DNA of 64,000 nt from contig OY771555.1 of the NCBI GenBank assembly GCA_963674785.1, positions 1,184,001 through 1,248,000 of the forward strand. The letters are read 5' to 3'. A program made the translations under genes and the position numbers. Source of the stretch: Caldisericia bacterium (GTDB taxonomy: Bacteria; Caldisericota; Caldisericia; JAAYUI01). Position 1 is the first letter of the stretch. Each line of letters starts with the position of its first letter. Positions 46,999 to 56,814 of the stretch are shown here, piece after piece. Below the pieces are notes generated by a model that saw only the letters and a list, made by a program, of their open reading frames with translations, did not search any database and had not been told where the DNA came from.

Positions 46999-49836
46999 CT
47001 AAGGGCTATATTTTAGAATGATCTTTCTCTCTTCACCAATCCATTCGATTTCAGCCGAAACCACCTCAGAAAAAAACCTTATTGGAACCATTGTCCTTCC
47101 ATCAATTATTGTCGGTGGAGGGTCAGTTGTATAAGTTTTAACCTCACCACCATCTTTTACTTTGACGGATTTTTCTCCAGTTTTAAGAGTTATCTCGAGA
47201 GTATCTTTTTTGAGAGTGATTTCTTTTGTGTCACCATTCCAGATCACTTCAAAACCAAATGTTTCAGTGATAAACCTTAGCGGGACCACAGTTCTTCCAT
47301 TTATGATTGTGGGAGCTTTTTCTAATTCTACATGGTTTTCGTCAACAAGTGCAGCATCAGAATCGATTACAAGTTCGATTCTCATCTGATTTGAATCATA
47401 AACTGTTGCTCCATCAATTTTGACAATTACACGTGCATCTGCAAGTATATGAAGGAAATCCAGGGGCGCATATATTTTATCATCAATTCCTCTAGTAATA
47501 GAGTTTGATAAAGCTTTTGGGTGTCCATCGCAATTTATTATTCTTGAGCCAACCGTCATTGTATAGCTAAATTGAGTTGATTGAATCGAATAAACACTAC
47601 CTGTTTGTTCGAGTTCTACATCATCGTAAAATAGTTTACACGCAGTAGGTACTTCAATAAATGGAGTTCCTACAACAAAGAGCTTGATACTTTCATCGAT
47701 AAATAGTGTCCCCCCATTTATTTTGGTTTCCTTCGAATCAGATCTAAACTCAATCGTATATTCTCCGGGTTTTGGTTTGATGCTTGAATCACCAGAGATT
47801 TTAATGTCAATATTCATATTATACATTCGATATACGAATTCAAAAGGTAGGTAGATATCTCCACGTATGATCTCTACCGGGTGAGGCATTATCTGAGGGC
47901 TTTCTAGTCCAGTTTTATACTTGATAAGTGCAACCTGATTTCCTATCCTAAAAACCGATTCCATTTCCAAATTTTTGTTGTAGAGTGTAATTTCTTTATC
48001 TTCTATTTTGATCTCAACTACAAGACCAAGAATCTTAGGAATTGAATTTATTTCAATCATTAAGGTTCCCAAATTGGTTGTCCACGGAATCTCATTCATC
48101 TCAACAATCTCTCCGCCTACAACCGCAAGTTTTGAACCATACATCAATTCAACGTTGATTGTTTTTTTTGGGATAGTTACTGTCACTTCAACAGTTTTTT
48201 CTCCACCATTGGATTCAAAGATTATTTGCCCAACGTTTTCGCCGACATCAAGATCATCTGCTTGAATACCCACAGAGATTTCAGAGTTTCCATCAAACTC
48301 ATCTTTATCAATCTTAATCCAATCCTTTGTTGTCTTGATTGTGCCAAAAAGCTCGGCTTGTCCATCGTTTTCAAGTATTATAGTCTGTTTTTCATCCAGG
48401 TTTTCTTCTGAAAAAACAAGAGCTTCTGGTGTAACTTTTAAAACCGCTGCAATCATCGGAATAGACAGTTTGAGTCCGATTTTTGCATCACCACCGTCGC
48501 TATTGATGATTATTGTGCAAGTATGTTCTGTCCCGGCATCAAGTCTCGAAAGATCAACAAATCCATGAGCAACAAATTCATTATCTGTAACTTCTGAAAA
48601 TGTTGACGCATCAAAGCTGATCCAGTCGCAATCGGTGTTGATGTTACCTGAAAGAGGTTCACCTCCTTTATTTGTTATTATGAACTCAAACTCTGGATAT
48701 GAGTTTTTGCTAACCTCTCCAAGGTCAATTCCGAGAGTTGAAACAGAGAGTTCGGCTGGAGTCGTTGGTGGAGGTTCAGGTGTAGGGTCTTTTCCGATTT
48801 GAAAATACATGAATGCAGGTGATTGGAGGAATGTAGAGGATGTGCCAAGGCTTTCGGTGCCAGAATGAATATAAACGCAGTATTTACTTCCATAAGGAAG
48901 AGGGGATGCTGGTTTAATGGTAAGAGTCTGGTCAACCATTTTCCCGGTTGTTGGATAAACAAGTCCATTTTGATCAATCAAATCCCATTTTGGAATGTTT
49001 GTGTATTTGTAATCAGAAAACGTGATTTTAAGTTCTTCTGGGGATTCTTCAAAAAAACTGCCAAGTGGGGTATCAAAATTTTCAACCTGGAACTGGTTTC
49101 TTCGCCAAATACCAGCCTGGTATATCTCATAGTTGTCAAAGGATTCAATTAGGAATATCCCGTAAACTTTTTTGTAGTCAACATTTGATGGGATATTCCA
49201 GTTCAATTCAAACTTCATCGCAGAGTGCTCATCAATTTGAAATGATTGTCCCGTTGGTTCTGGTTTTACATCTCTGCAAACCCAACTGTATCTTCTGCCT
49301 GAGGCTTTAGCGTCATCCTCGCAGATTATGAATGTGAAATTTGTTTCAGCAGGAATTGCATTCCAACCCAAAACATACGAAGTAAGTTTTAAATGGTCTT
49401 CTTGAATATCTCCTGTCAAATGTACCAGGAATGGACTTTTTTTGTTGATGTGGTAATCAATCATCTGGTCGTATTTTTCCTGAGTTTGTGTATCTCCACC
49501 TTGTACGAATGTGTTCCCGTTAAAAATTGATGTTGGTGTTGCGACAACTCCGTAAGCTTTGATTCTTGCCGTGCTATTTACTTGTGACAATGAATCGTTG
49601 TAATGATGAGAGATTATCCCCAACCTGTCTTCTGGATACTCATAAGAAAGGTTTGAAAGTGCCTTTTCGGCAATTGGGCAGTAACCGCACCACGATGCTG
49701 TCTCGAGTTCTACAATGCATGTTCGCGGAAATCCATGTACAGTTTTACTAATTGCCCCAAATGTGGCAATATCTGGGAGAATCCCAAAAACAAGTGCAAA
49801 AACCAAAAGAAAAACAAAATAATTCCTAGCTTTCAT
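46999..49836 (-). CDS. Secreted Omp28/thioredoxin-like (CGYC) + Ig/BACON + stalk domain protein
   Basis: Signal peptide from MKARNY (49836); IVELETASWCGYCP...H...YGV.ATP...NG; C-terminal GRTVVPLRF and GRTMVPIRF. Confidence 0.8.
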   Translation of the reverse strand: MKARNYFVFLLVFALVFGILPDIATFGAISKTVHGFPRTCIVELETASWCGYCPIAEKALSNLSYEYPEDRLGIISHHYNDSLSQVNSTARIKAYGVVATPTSIFNGNTFVQGGDTQTQEKYDQMIDYHINKKSPFLVHLTGDIQEDHLKLTSYVLGWNAIPAETNFTFIICEDDAKASGRRYSWVCRDVKPEPTGQSFQIDEHSAMKFELNWNIPSNVDYKKVYGIFLIESFDNYEIYQAGIWRRNQFQVENFDTPLGSFFEESPEELKITFSDYKYTNIPKWDLIDQNGLVYPTTGKMVDQTLTIKPASPLPYGSKYCVYIHSGTESLGTSSTFLQSPAFMYFQIGKDPTPEPPPTTPAELSVSTLGIDLGEVSKNSYPEFEFIITNKGGEPLSGNINTDCDWISFDASTFSEVTDNEFVAHGFVDLSRLDAGTEHTCTIIINSDGGDAKIGLKLSIPMIAAVLKVTPEALVFSEENLDEKQTIILENDGQAELFGTIKTTKDWIKIDKDEFDGNSEISVGIQADDLDVGENVGQIIFESNGGEKTVEVTVTIPKKTINVELMYGSKLAVVGGEIVEMNEIPWTTNLGTLMIEINSIPKILGLVVEIKIEDKEITLYNKNLEMESVFRIGNQVALIKYKTGLESPQIMPHPVEIIRGDIYLPFEFVYRMYNMNIDIKISGDSSIKPKPGEYTIEFRSDSKETKINGGTLFIDESIKLFVVGTPFIEVPTACKLFYDDVELEQTGSVYSIQSTQFSYTMTVGSRIINCDGHPKALSNSITRGIDDKIYAPLDFLHILADARVIVKIDGATVYDSNQMRIELVIDSDAALVDENHVELEKAPTIINGRTVVPLRFITETFGFEVIWNGDTKEITLKKDTLEITLKTGEKSVKVKDGGEVKTYTTDPPPTIIDGRTMVPIRFFSEVVSAEIEWIGEERKIILKYSP

Positions 49837-49962
49837 GCACTCAATATACAATAAATTCTCAATTTGTTCAATCGATAACAGAACAATTGCATGAAGAGGT
49901 TGTATGAAAGCTGTTGACCCAAAATTCTTGAAGGGATTGAAAACTCTTATAAAATGCGAGAT

Positions 49963-52593
49963 ATGAAGAAATTTGTAATTGCTTTTGTTTCACTGTTGCT
50001 TGTTGTTTCGATGGTTGTTTCGTGCGGGGAGGAGAAAACTCCTGAAGAAATGGTCGAATATCTTGAGCAATGGCAGGTGGGAGGGATAGTAATCCCAACG
50101 GACGATTACCAGCTTTTTACAAAACTATCCATTTTGTCACAGAAGACTGAGGAAGTTTTTAAAGCTGAAATCACAAAAAAGCCTGATGGAATAGAAGTTG
50201 CCAAAAAGGAAAACATCACTTTTAACAAACACTACTACGATTTCTATGTTAAAGCAAAAGAGGATCAGGTGGGTATCTATCCATTTGAAATTACTCTTTC
50301 GTCCGATAATAATACTCATGTGATAAAAGGAGAGATCGAGATTCTTGCCCAAACCGAGAAGTTAGATAATCTATTTGGTGGGGCAAACAGGTCAAACGTG
50401 CTAACTGGGTTTGATTTTGACGGCAAGGATGTTGTGAAAAACCACTCAATTACTGATGATCTTATAACCGGACCAGTATCAGATGGAAATAGTATTTTTA
50501 TAGGAACAAAAGATGGAGATTTGATAAAACTTGACTCTGATTTAAATGAGTTTTCTAATATAAATATAATCGATGCTTCAATCGATAAAATTCAAATCTG
50601 TGGTGATTATATTTTTATTGCTGATGTTAATGGTGTTGCTTATATTTTTGAGAAATCTGATACCGATAATTCATCAATGAAACCTATCTCAAAGCTTGAT
50701 CTGGGAAGTAGACTATCTGTCACTCCTTCTGTCGTTTCTGAAAAAAATCTTATTGTTGGGACAAAGGGCGGAGCAATAATTTCATTGGCATATCCAAAGC
50801 TTAAAAAGAATTGGGACTATAAGACTGGTGGAGAAGTGATTTCGCTTGCGGCATCATCAGGAGTTTCAAAAAAAGGTGACCGAAAAGGGACAATTGTTGC
50901 TGCATGTGATGATAGGAATGTATATTTTGTTGGTCTTGATGGAAAACTTGTAACTATGGAGTCAAATGTAAATGATTTTGTGAAACATGTTTCAATAAAA
51001 GACGGAAAGGTCGTTTTAATTTCCGAGACCAATAAAATCTTTTTGAGAAATCTCAGTGACCTATTAATCTACGACATGTTTACTGAAAAAAACATAGATA
51101 GTGGGGCAGCTTTTAATGGTGATTATGTAGTGACTGTCAGTAGAAATAACTTGAATGTTCATGGTATCGATGATGGTTACTTACAGTTGGAGATGCAACT
51201 TGATGCAGAGGTGGTTTACGATCCAATTATTTTGGATGATAAAGTTCTCTTGTTTTTAGAAGATGGTACTTTTAGAGTGATGGATTTCATGGATGGCACT
51301 GAACACTGTAGACACAATTTCTCAGGAAAACCTTTAGGATGGCCAATAATAATCGACGAAAAACTCGTTTTAATGAATGAAGATGGTTACATTTCAACAT
51401 GGGGAGAAAGAGAAAGGGTTGAATTGAGCGGAGCCGTTGATATTTCAAGTGTGAAGTATTTTGGTGGAAGAGGAGACCTCAGGCATTCGGGGTCTTTTGA
51501 TTTTTCTGTTCCAGAGAATCCTTCTGTCATTCTTGAAATTCCGGGTAATTTTGCTCCACCGATTATTTCTAATAAATACATTTTTTTGTATGATATGGAT
51601 CGTGAAGAGTTCAGTTTGAGGTCACAAGAAGATGGTGGAATAGTTTGGTATATCCCTGAAAAAGCAGCACACGGGTTGTTCACTGGTGCGGGACTAAATG
51701 CTGGTCCTCACGAATCTCCGATGTTTATTACGCAAGATGGATTATTTATTGCAACCGAATCAGGTCTTTGGCTTGTAGATGAGAATACTGGAGAAATAAT
51801 ACAAAAAACTAACTACATCGGTATCCCTCAGATTGATGAGCAGGTGATTGTTTTGACATCTGAAGCTGGTGTTGTGTGCCTTGACAGGAATATGAATCAT
51901 TTATGGACAAAGAGTTTAATTGGAGTCACATCTGGTCAACTGTGTATTGATGACGACGAGATATATGTTTTTGATAGGAACGGTGATGATTCAAAAATAT
52001 ACGTTTTTGAAAAGTTGAGTGGAAATACCCTTTTTGAAGAAACCGATTCGATATTACAATATGGGACAAAATTAGTTCTCTCAAGCAAGATGGCCGCAAC
52101 AGGAACAATAGCAGGGATGTGGCTTATGGGTAGAGAACCATATATGGTTTTTGGAGCGGTAAATGGTACAAATAGGGCTTTGAACCCATTTGTTATTGAT
52201 GGTGTTATTGGCTCAATGCAAGAGGGAATCGGATTGATAAAAAAGATTGATTCTGTAAGAGATTTTGCGGAGATAAATTACTTTGATATTAGAGGGATTA
52301 AAGATGAAGATTCAGTCTTCTACAACTTTTTTACAGGCAACGATTTTTTGACGTTTGATAGATTGGTATCACTTACTGCAAAAGAGGAGCTAAAGGCAAA
52401 TACTGATGAATCTATAAAACCTCCACCTGAGGTGTATGTAACAATTAGAAAAAAAATAAACGGAGAGATTCTTTCAGAAATTTTTGTTAATAGCACAGGA
52501 GTTGCGGATTATGCGATGACAGCAACTGATAATTTAATTGCTGTCTGTCAGCAGGGACCATCACCAAAACTCCTTCTGATTGGCGAGAAGTAG
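49963..52593 (+). CDS. Lipoprotein with PQQ-like beta-propeller repeats
   Basis: Lipobox-like MVVSC after a hydrophobic signal; two propeller-start motifs (FGGANRS, YFGGRGDLRHSG). Confidence 0.7.
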   Translation: MKKFVIAFVSLLLVVSMVVSCGEEKTPEEMVEYLEQWQVGGIVIPTDDYQLFTKLSILSQKTEEVFKAEITKKPDGIEVAKKENITFNKHYYDFYVKAKEDQVGIYPFEITLSSDNNTHVIKGEIEILAQTEKLDNLFGGANRSNVLTGFDFDGKDVVKNHSITDDLITGPVSDGNSIFIGTKDGDLIKLDSDLNEFSNINIIDASIDKIQICGDYIFIADVNGVAYIFEKSDTDNSSMKPISKLDLGSRLSVTPSVVSEKNLIVGTKGGAIISLAYPKLKKNWDYKTGGEVISLAASSGVSKKGDRKGTIVAACDDRNVYFVGLDGKLVTMESNVNDFVKHVSIKDGKVVLISETNKIFLRNLSDLLIYDMFTEKNIDSGAAFNGDYVVTVSRNNLNVHGIDDGYLQLEMQLDAEVVYDPIILDDKVLLFLEDGTFRVMDFMDGTEHCRHNFSGKPLGWPIIIDEKLVLMNEDGYISTWGERERVELSGAVDISSVKYFGGRGDLRHSGSFDFSVPENPSVILEIPGNFAPPIISNKYIFLYDMDREEFSLRSQEDGGIVWYIPEKAAHGLFTGAGLNAGPHESPMFITQDGLFIATESGLWLVDENTGEIIQKTNYIGIPQIDEQVIVLTSEAGVVCLDRNMNHLWTKSLIGVTSGQLCIDDDEIYVFDRNGDDSKIYVFEKLSGNTLFEETDSILQYGTKLVLSSKMAATGTIAGMWLMGREPYMVFGAVNGTNRALNPFVIDGVIGSMQEGIGLIKKIDSVRDFAEINYFDIRGIKDEDSVFYNFFTGNDFLTFDRLVSLTAKEELKANTDESIKPPPEVYVTIRKKINGEILSEIFVNSTGVADYAMTATDNLIAVCQQGPSPKLLLIGEK

Positions 52594-52615
52594 AAATCTT
52601 ATTTAGTACCCACGG

Positions 52616-52647
52616 AAAAAAGGCAGGCTTGAAAGCCTGCCTTTTTT
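52616..52647. terminator. Bidirectional terminator
   Basis: AAAAAAGGCAGGCTT-ga-AAGCCTGCCTTTTTT. Confidence 0.85.
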
Positions 52648-52662
52648 ATTTGTAACTGGTTG

Positions 52663-55600
52663 TTATGGGCAACAGTCTCCCCAACCCTTATAAACCCAGC
52701 TGATGATGTATATCCCTGATGATTCTTTTGTGTATGTCACCTGGATACAGCTTCCAGGAGGAAGTGTTTTGAATGAGTACAATCCAGATTCATCGCGAAG
52801 TCCTGGTTGTACCATAAGGCTCATACCCTTCATCTCATATTCATCACATGCTCTGTAATCAAGTGTCAGAATTGCGCCTTCACCGTCAATATTTGCATCA
52901 TTTGTAAACCCATTAAATTCAATATTTGCCCAGTCATAATTATCAACACAACACTCGGTATATTTCATTGATTGCCACGCAACAACTCGATTTCTGTTTG
53001 TGAAGAATCTTACGCAATGCTTGTATTTTGCAGTGTATTCTTCAAATGTGAACTGCCCATGAATATCTTTCATTTTGGGGTCAATAAAGAATTGAGTATT
53101 ATAATCATCGCATAGCTTGATTGTTACAAAAACATCTCCGTTTTTGTCTTTTTCGCTAACATTTTCTATCAGTCCGTCATATATTACTGAGCAACAGTCT
53201 TTGTCCTGGTCAAGTGCTGTCCATGAGATAATTTCTGTTCCTTTAACTTTCAGAATGACACATTTTCCTTCCCCATACTTTTGGAAGGTGTATTTTCTTG
53301 TTGTGTCCATAAGTGTTTTTTTTGCATTGTAACCAAGTCTTACATTTTCGTTAAGGTCCGGGCACTCACTAACCCAAACTGTTAGACTATCTCCATCATC
53401 ATCAATTCCTCCAATTTTTCCAACAACGATTTTAGGTGGAGTGATTTTTGTGCAACAATCACCATCTGTAGAAACAAGTGTCCATGAGTCAACACTCAAT
53501 ACATTGCTTCCACCGCTAATACTAACACAGAAGGTTCCGCATACACCTTTTTTTATATCCTTGATGTGCATCTTTCCAGTTGTATCCATTAAGTCTGGAT
53601 CAGCGGCCAACATTACACCCATCCCAGATGCTGGATTCAAACATTCTTTTATAAAAATCATATCTGAGTAACCTTCGCCACCAGGATTTCTGTTTGTTAC
53701 TGTCCCAAAAATCTTTTTGCCTTCACAGACCTTGCTTTCTGGTGTTGGGTCAGGCTGCTCTTGGTTACCGCAGCAATCTTTTACAAGAGGAAGTGCAATC
53801 CATGAAACAATCCTTTTGTTTACAACACAAATCTTCGCACACCCTTTATAGTCAAAGATTTTGTAATTTCCAGATTTATCAATTCTGATATCATCTGATC
53901 CCGTATACTCATCAAAAACTGAAAACTCTCCACCACAAATCTTGATTGAAACCTTCCAAGGAAGGTCGCTTGTTCCTGTACGTTCTGCAGAGAATATTTC
54001 AACTGGATACCAAGTGCAATCTTCTGGTGGTGGCTGGTCGCCTTTGCAACAATTTCCGCCATTTCTGATCATGGTTGGATAGATTTCCTTGTAGGGAAGT
54101 GCATCTTCATAGATGGGGTTTTCTTTCGCTTCACCGCAGACGATCCAGCATTGCCCCTCTCTTATCTCAGCACACTGATCAGCTGAAAGGTAAACCCTCC
54201 ATGCAGTATTATTCTTGTCGTACCCGTCAAAATTAGGTTCATCATCGTCACAATTTACGACTTCAACTGAAACGCAGAAACAATTCGAATCATTACCACA
54301 GCAGTCTTCCAAAAATGCCTCTGTCACTCTCATTGATTTTCCAACAGGTGTTCCAGTTGTTTCGTCTTGAACAACAACAATCCCACAAACCTTCCAGCAT
54401 TCGCCAATCTGCATGTCAGATGCTAGATTTCTGTCAACTACAAGACCCCAAGTTGTATCAGCTGTATCACCGGTCATTATGAATAGGTTATCATTGAGTG
54501 TAACTTTTGTTTTTATGGTCACACAAACACATTCTGCTTCTGGTTCTCCGCAGCAGTCTTCTTTTGTAGCCTCTTCGACCTTCATGCCAAAATTTATACC
54601 AGGGGTTGGTGTTCCGATTTCTCCAGTGTCTTCCTGCTCAACGATTTCACCGCAGACTTTCCAACACTCTCCATCATTCATTGAGTATGCAATGTCTCTT
54701 GGGATAAGCAGACCCAAAACTGTGCCATCTTCCTTTGTTCCGGTTGCGACAAAGAAGTCGTCATTAATTCTGGTTTTTCCATCGATGATTACACAAACAC
54801 ACTCAACCACAGGTGGGTTATTATCGCAGCAGGTTCCTTCGCTAATCTGTGTGACTTCAAATCCTGGGAATCCGTGTTTTCCTTCAACGAGGTTTCCCTC
54901 AACATTGATGCAACTTCCTTCCATAAACTCAGCTTGAAGTGTTGGTGCTTTGAATAGAACCCATTTGACTCCCCATTCATCAGTTACGTATGCTTCACCT
55001 CTTCCAACCTCTTCAACATGAACACAAAGTCCGCACGAACCACCACCATCATTATTGTCGTCTGGTTCACATGGGCATTCTACGCCTCGAATGCTTGTAA
55101 CCCTGAAAACACTTACAGTTTGTACATTTGTGCCTGGGAGTGGGGTTGTGATTGGGTCTTCTGTTTCTGAGCTTTGTGGATATCCGCAGATTTCATAACA
55201 TTTGTTCACTTCAAGTTTGTAAGCAAGTGATGTCGAATTCCCCTCAAACATCAGATTCCAAGTTTTTCCATTTCCATCAACAGCTGTTGCTGTTGGGATT
55301 TCAGAAGTTGTGTTCAGAGATGCAATTGTCATGCATGTGCATTCGCGGCATTCTGGGTCATCAAAATAAAGAACAACGGTGCTTGTGTCTGAAAACCACT
55401 TGATGTCGTTTGGACCAGTAGCACCAAGATTTTCTGCAACAAATCTCATTGGAAGAAGCGTTCTTCCGTTTACAACATACCCAACAACAGATGGGTTATT
55501 GGGGTCAATCTGAACAGGCTGACCGTTTACAGCAGCAGTTGGTTTTCCAATCCAGATTTCAATGACATTGTGGTCGGTTGTTGTGATGATGATTTTTTTC

Positions 55601-56148
55601 TCGGCTGCGACATAATCAACAGTTGCACCCATTTCCTCAGCAACATATCTGATGAGAAGGAACATTCTTGACTGATTGATTACTGGTGCTGCCTCCATTG
55701 GCCCCTTTTCGCCATCGTCAACCCAATACATGGTGTTTCCAACCTGATACTTGAGGATTCTTACACAATCATCTTCTTCCTCGTCTGGTGGGCAGGTTGG
55801 GGTCGCACAGTCCTCAATCGACTGAGCAAACTCATTTGCACCACTATCAACAGCGCGAACATAGTAGCAATAGAGCTGATCGTTCTGGATGTTGATTGTG
55901 TCTCTGAAATATGTTTCCTCAATTGGGAAATCAGTAAGAGGAGTTGCATACTCCATGCCAACTCCTGGTCCCCTGTAAATCCAGTAGTGGGCAGCATTTG
56001 GGACAGCATCCCAAACCAAGTCGTTATAACCACAACCAGGTGTGACTGTCAGATTAAATCCATCCTGAGCAACAGCTGGTGTGTTGGGTGGAATAATGCT
56101 CAAAATCATGAGCACAGCAATAGCAAACGTTATAAGTCTAGCCTTCAT
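52663..56148 (-). CDS. Secreted FN3-like + stalk domain protein with about 10 Cys-rich OB-like repeats
   Basis: Signal peptide; SRMFLLIRYVAEE, GRTLLPMRFVAENLG; about 80-95-aa repeats ending in CC (the first ends CPC). Confidence 0.85.
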   Translation of the reverse strand: MKARLITFAIAVLMILSIIPPNTPAVAQDGFNLTVTPGCGYNDLVWDAVPNAAHYWIYRGPGVGMEYATPLTDFPIEETYFRDTINIQNDQLYCYYVRAVDSGANEFAQSIEDCATPTCPPDEEEDDCVRILKYQVGNTMYWVDDGEKGPMEAAPVINQSRMFLLIRYVAEEMGATVDYVAAEKKIIITTTDHNVIEIWIGKPTAAVNGQPVQIDPNNPSVVGYVVNGRTLLPMRFVAENLGATGPNDIKWFSDTSTVVLYFDDPECRECTCMTIASLNTTSEIPTATAVDGNGKTWNLMFEGNSTSLAYKLEVNKCYEICGYPQSSETEDPITTPLPGTNVQTVSVFRVTSIRGVECPCEPDDNNDGGGSCGLCVHVEEVGRGEAYVTDEWGVKWVLFKAPTLQAEFMEGSCINVEGNLVEGKHGFPGFEVTQISEGTCCDNNPPVVECVCVIIDGKTRINDDFFVATGTKEDGTVLGLLIPRDIAYSMNDGECWKVCGEIVEQEDTGEIGTPTPGINFGMKVEEATKEDCCGEPEAECVCVTIKTKVTLNDNLFIMTGDTADTTWGLVVDRNLASDMQIGECWKVCGIVVVQDETTGTPVGKSMRVTEAFLEDCCGNDSNCFCVSVEVVNCDDDEPNFDGYDKNNTAWRVYLSADQCAEIREGQCWIVCGEAKENPIYEDALPYKEIYPTMIRNGGNCCKGDQPPPEDCTWYPVEIFSAERTGTSDLPWKVSIKICGGEFSVFDEYTGSDDIRIDKSGNYKIFDYKGCAKICVVNKRIVSWIALPLVKDCCGNQEQPDPTPESKVCEGKKIFGTVTNRNPGGEGYSDMIFIKECLNPASGMGVMLAADPDLMDTTGKMHIKDIKKGVCGTFCVSISGGSNVLSVDSWTLVSTDGDCCTKITPPKIVVGKIGGIDDDGDSLTVWVSECPDLNENVRLGYNAKKTLMDTTRKYTFQKYGEGKCVILKVKGTEIISWTALDQDKDCCSVIYDGLIENVSEKDKNGDVFVTIKLCDDYNTQFFIDPKMKDIHGQFTFEEYTAKYKHCVRFFTNRNRVVAWQSMKYTECCVDNYDWANIEFNGFTNDANIDGEGAILTLDYRACDEYEMKGMSLMVQPGLRDESGLYSFKTLPPGSCIQVTYTKESSGIYIISWVYKGWGDCCP

Positions 56149-56317
56149 TTTCTAGACCTCCTTATAGAATCTTTGACTCCAATTGTAGCAGAAAAAAGTC
56201 GTTTTTTTGCTGTAGTTCGTACACAATTTAGCAATATTTATTAAACTGGTTGTTATTGTTTGTAATCCAGAGTACTAGCGTTGCAATTGCTGTTGACACA
56301 ATATATCATCTTAACAA

Positions 56318-56809
56318 ATGGAAGAGATAATTTTCAAACCTGTTGGATATGCAGAAACCCCTTGGAAGACTCGTGAAGGAACTCCAATCAGTCCACGTGC
56401 AGCAAAGGGAACTCGCGGAATCATCAAGCTAAAACCTGAATTTGAAGAGTGCCTTCATGATGTTGATGGATTCTCACACGTGCGTGTGATTTTCAACTTT
56501 CATCTTTCAGATAGCTACAAATGCAAGGTTGTGCCTTTCATGGACACAGTTGAACGTGGTGTTTTTGCAACCCACGCACCAAGACGTCCAAATCAGATTG
56601 GTGCATCTGTTTTGAAGGTGGTATCTGTCGAGGGTTGCAATCTCACAGTTGAGGATGTCGACCTGCTAGATGGAACCCCTATTCTGGACATCAAACCCTA
56701 CTTTGCCTCATTTGAACAAGGCGAGGAAAAGGTGGAGTTTCGATATGGTTGGCTTGAGAGGTTGGAGAAAAAGTCAGAGAGTAAGAAAGCGGATGAGAGG
56801 TTTAGTTAG
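56318..56809 (+). CDS. trmO: tRNA (N6-threonylcarbamoyladenosine(37)-N6)-methyltransferase TrmO
   Basis: GFSH, GVFATHAPRRPNQIG, VDLLDGTPILDIKPY, GWL. Confidence 0.9.
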   Translation: MEEIIFKPVGYAETPWKTREGTPISPRAAKGTRGIIKLKPEFEECLHDVDGFSHVRVIFNFHLSDSYKCKVVPFMDTVERGVFATHAPRRPNQIGASVLKVVSVEGCNLTVEDVDLLDGTPILDIKPYFASFEQGEEKVEFRYGWLERLEKKSESKKADERFS

Positions 56810-56814
56810 TCAGA

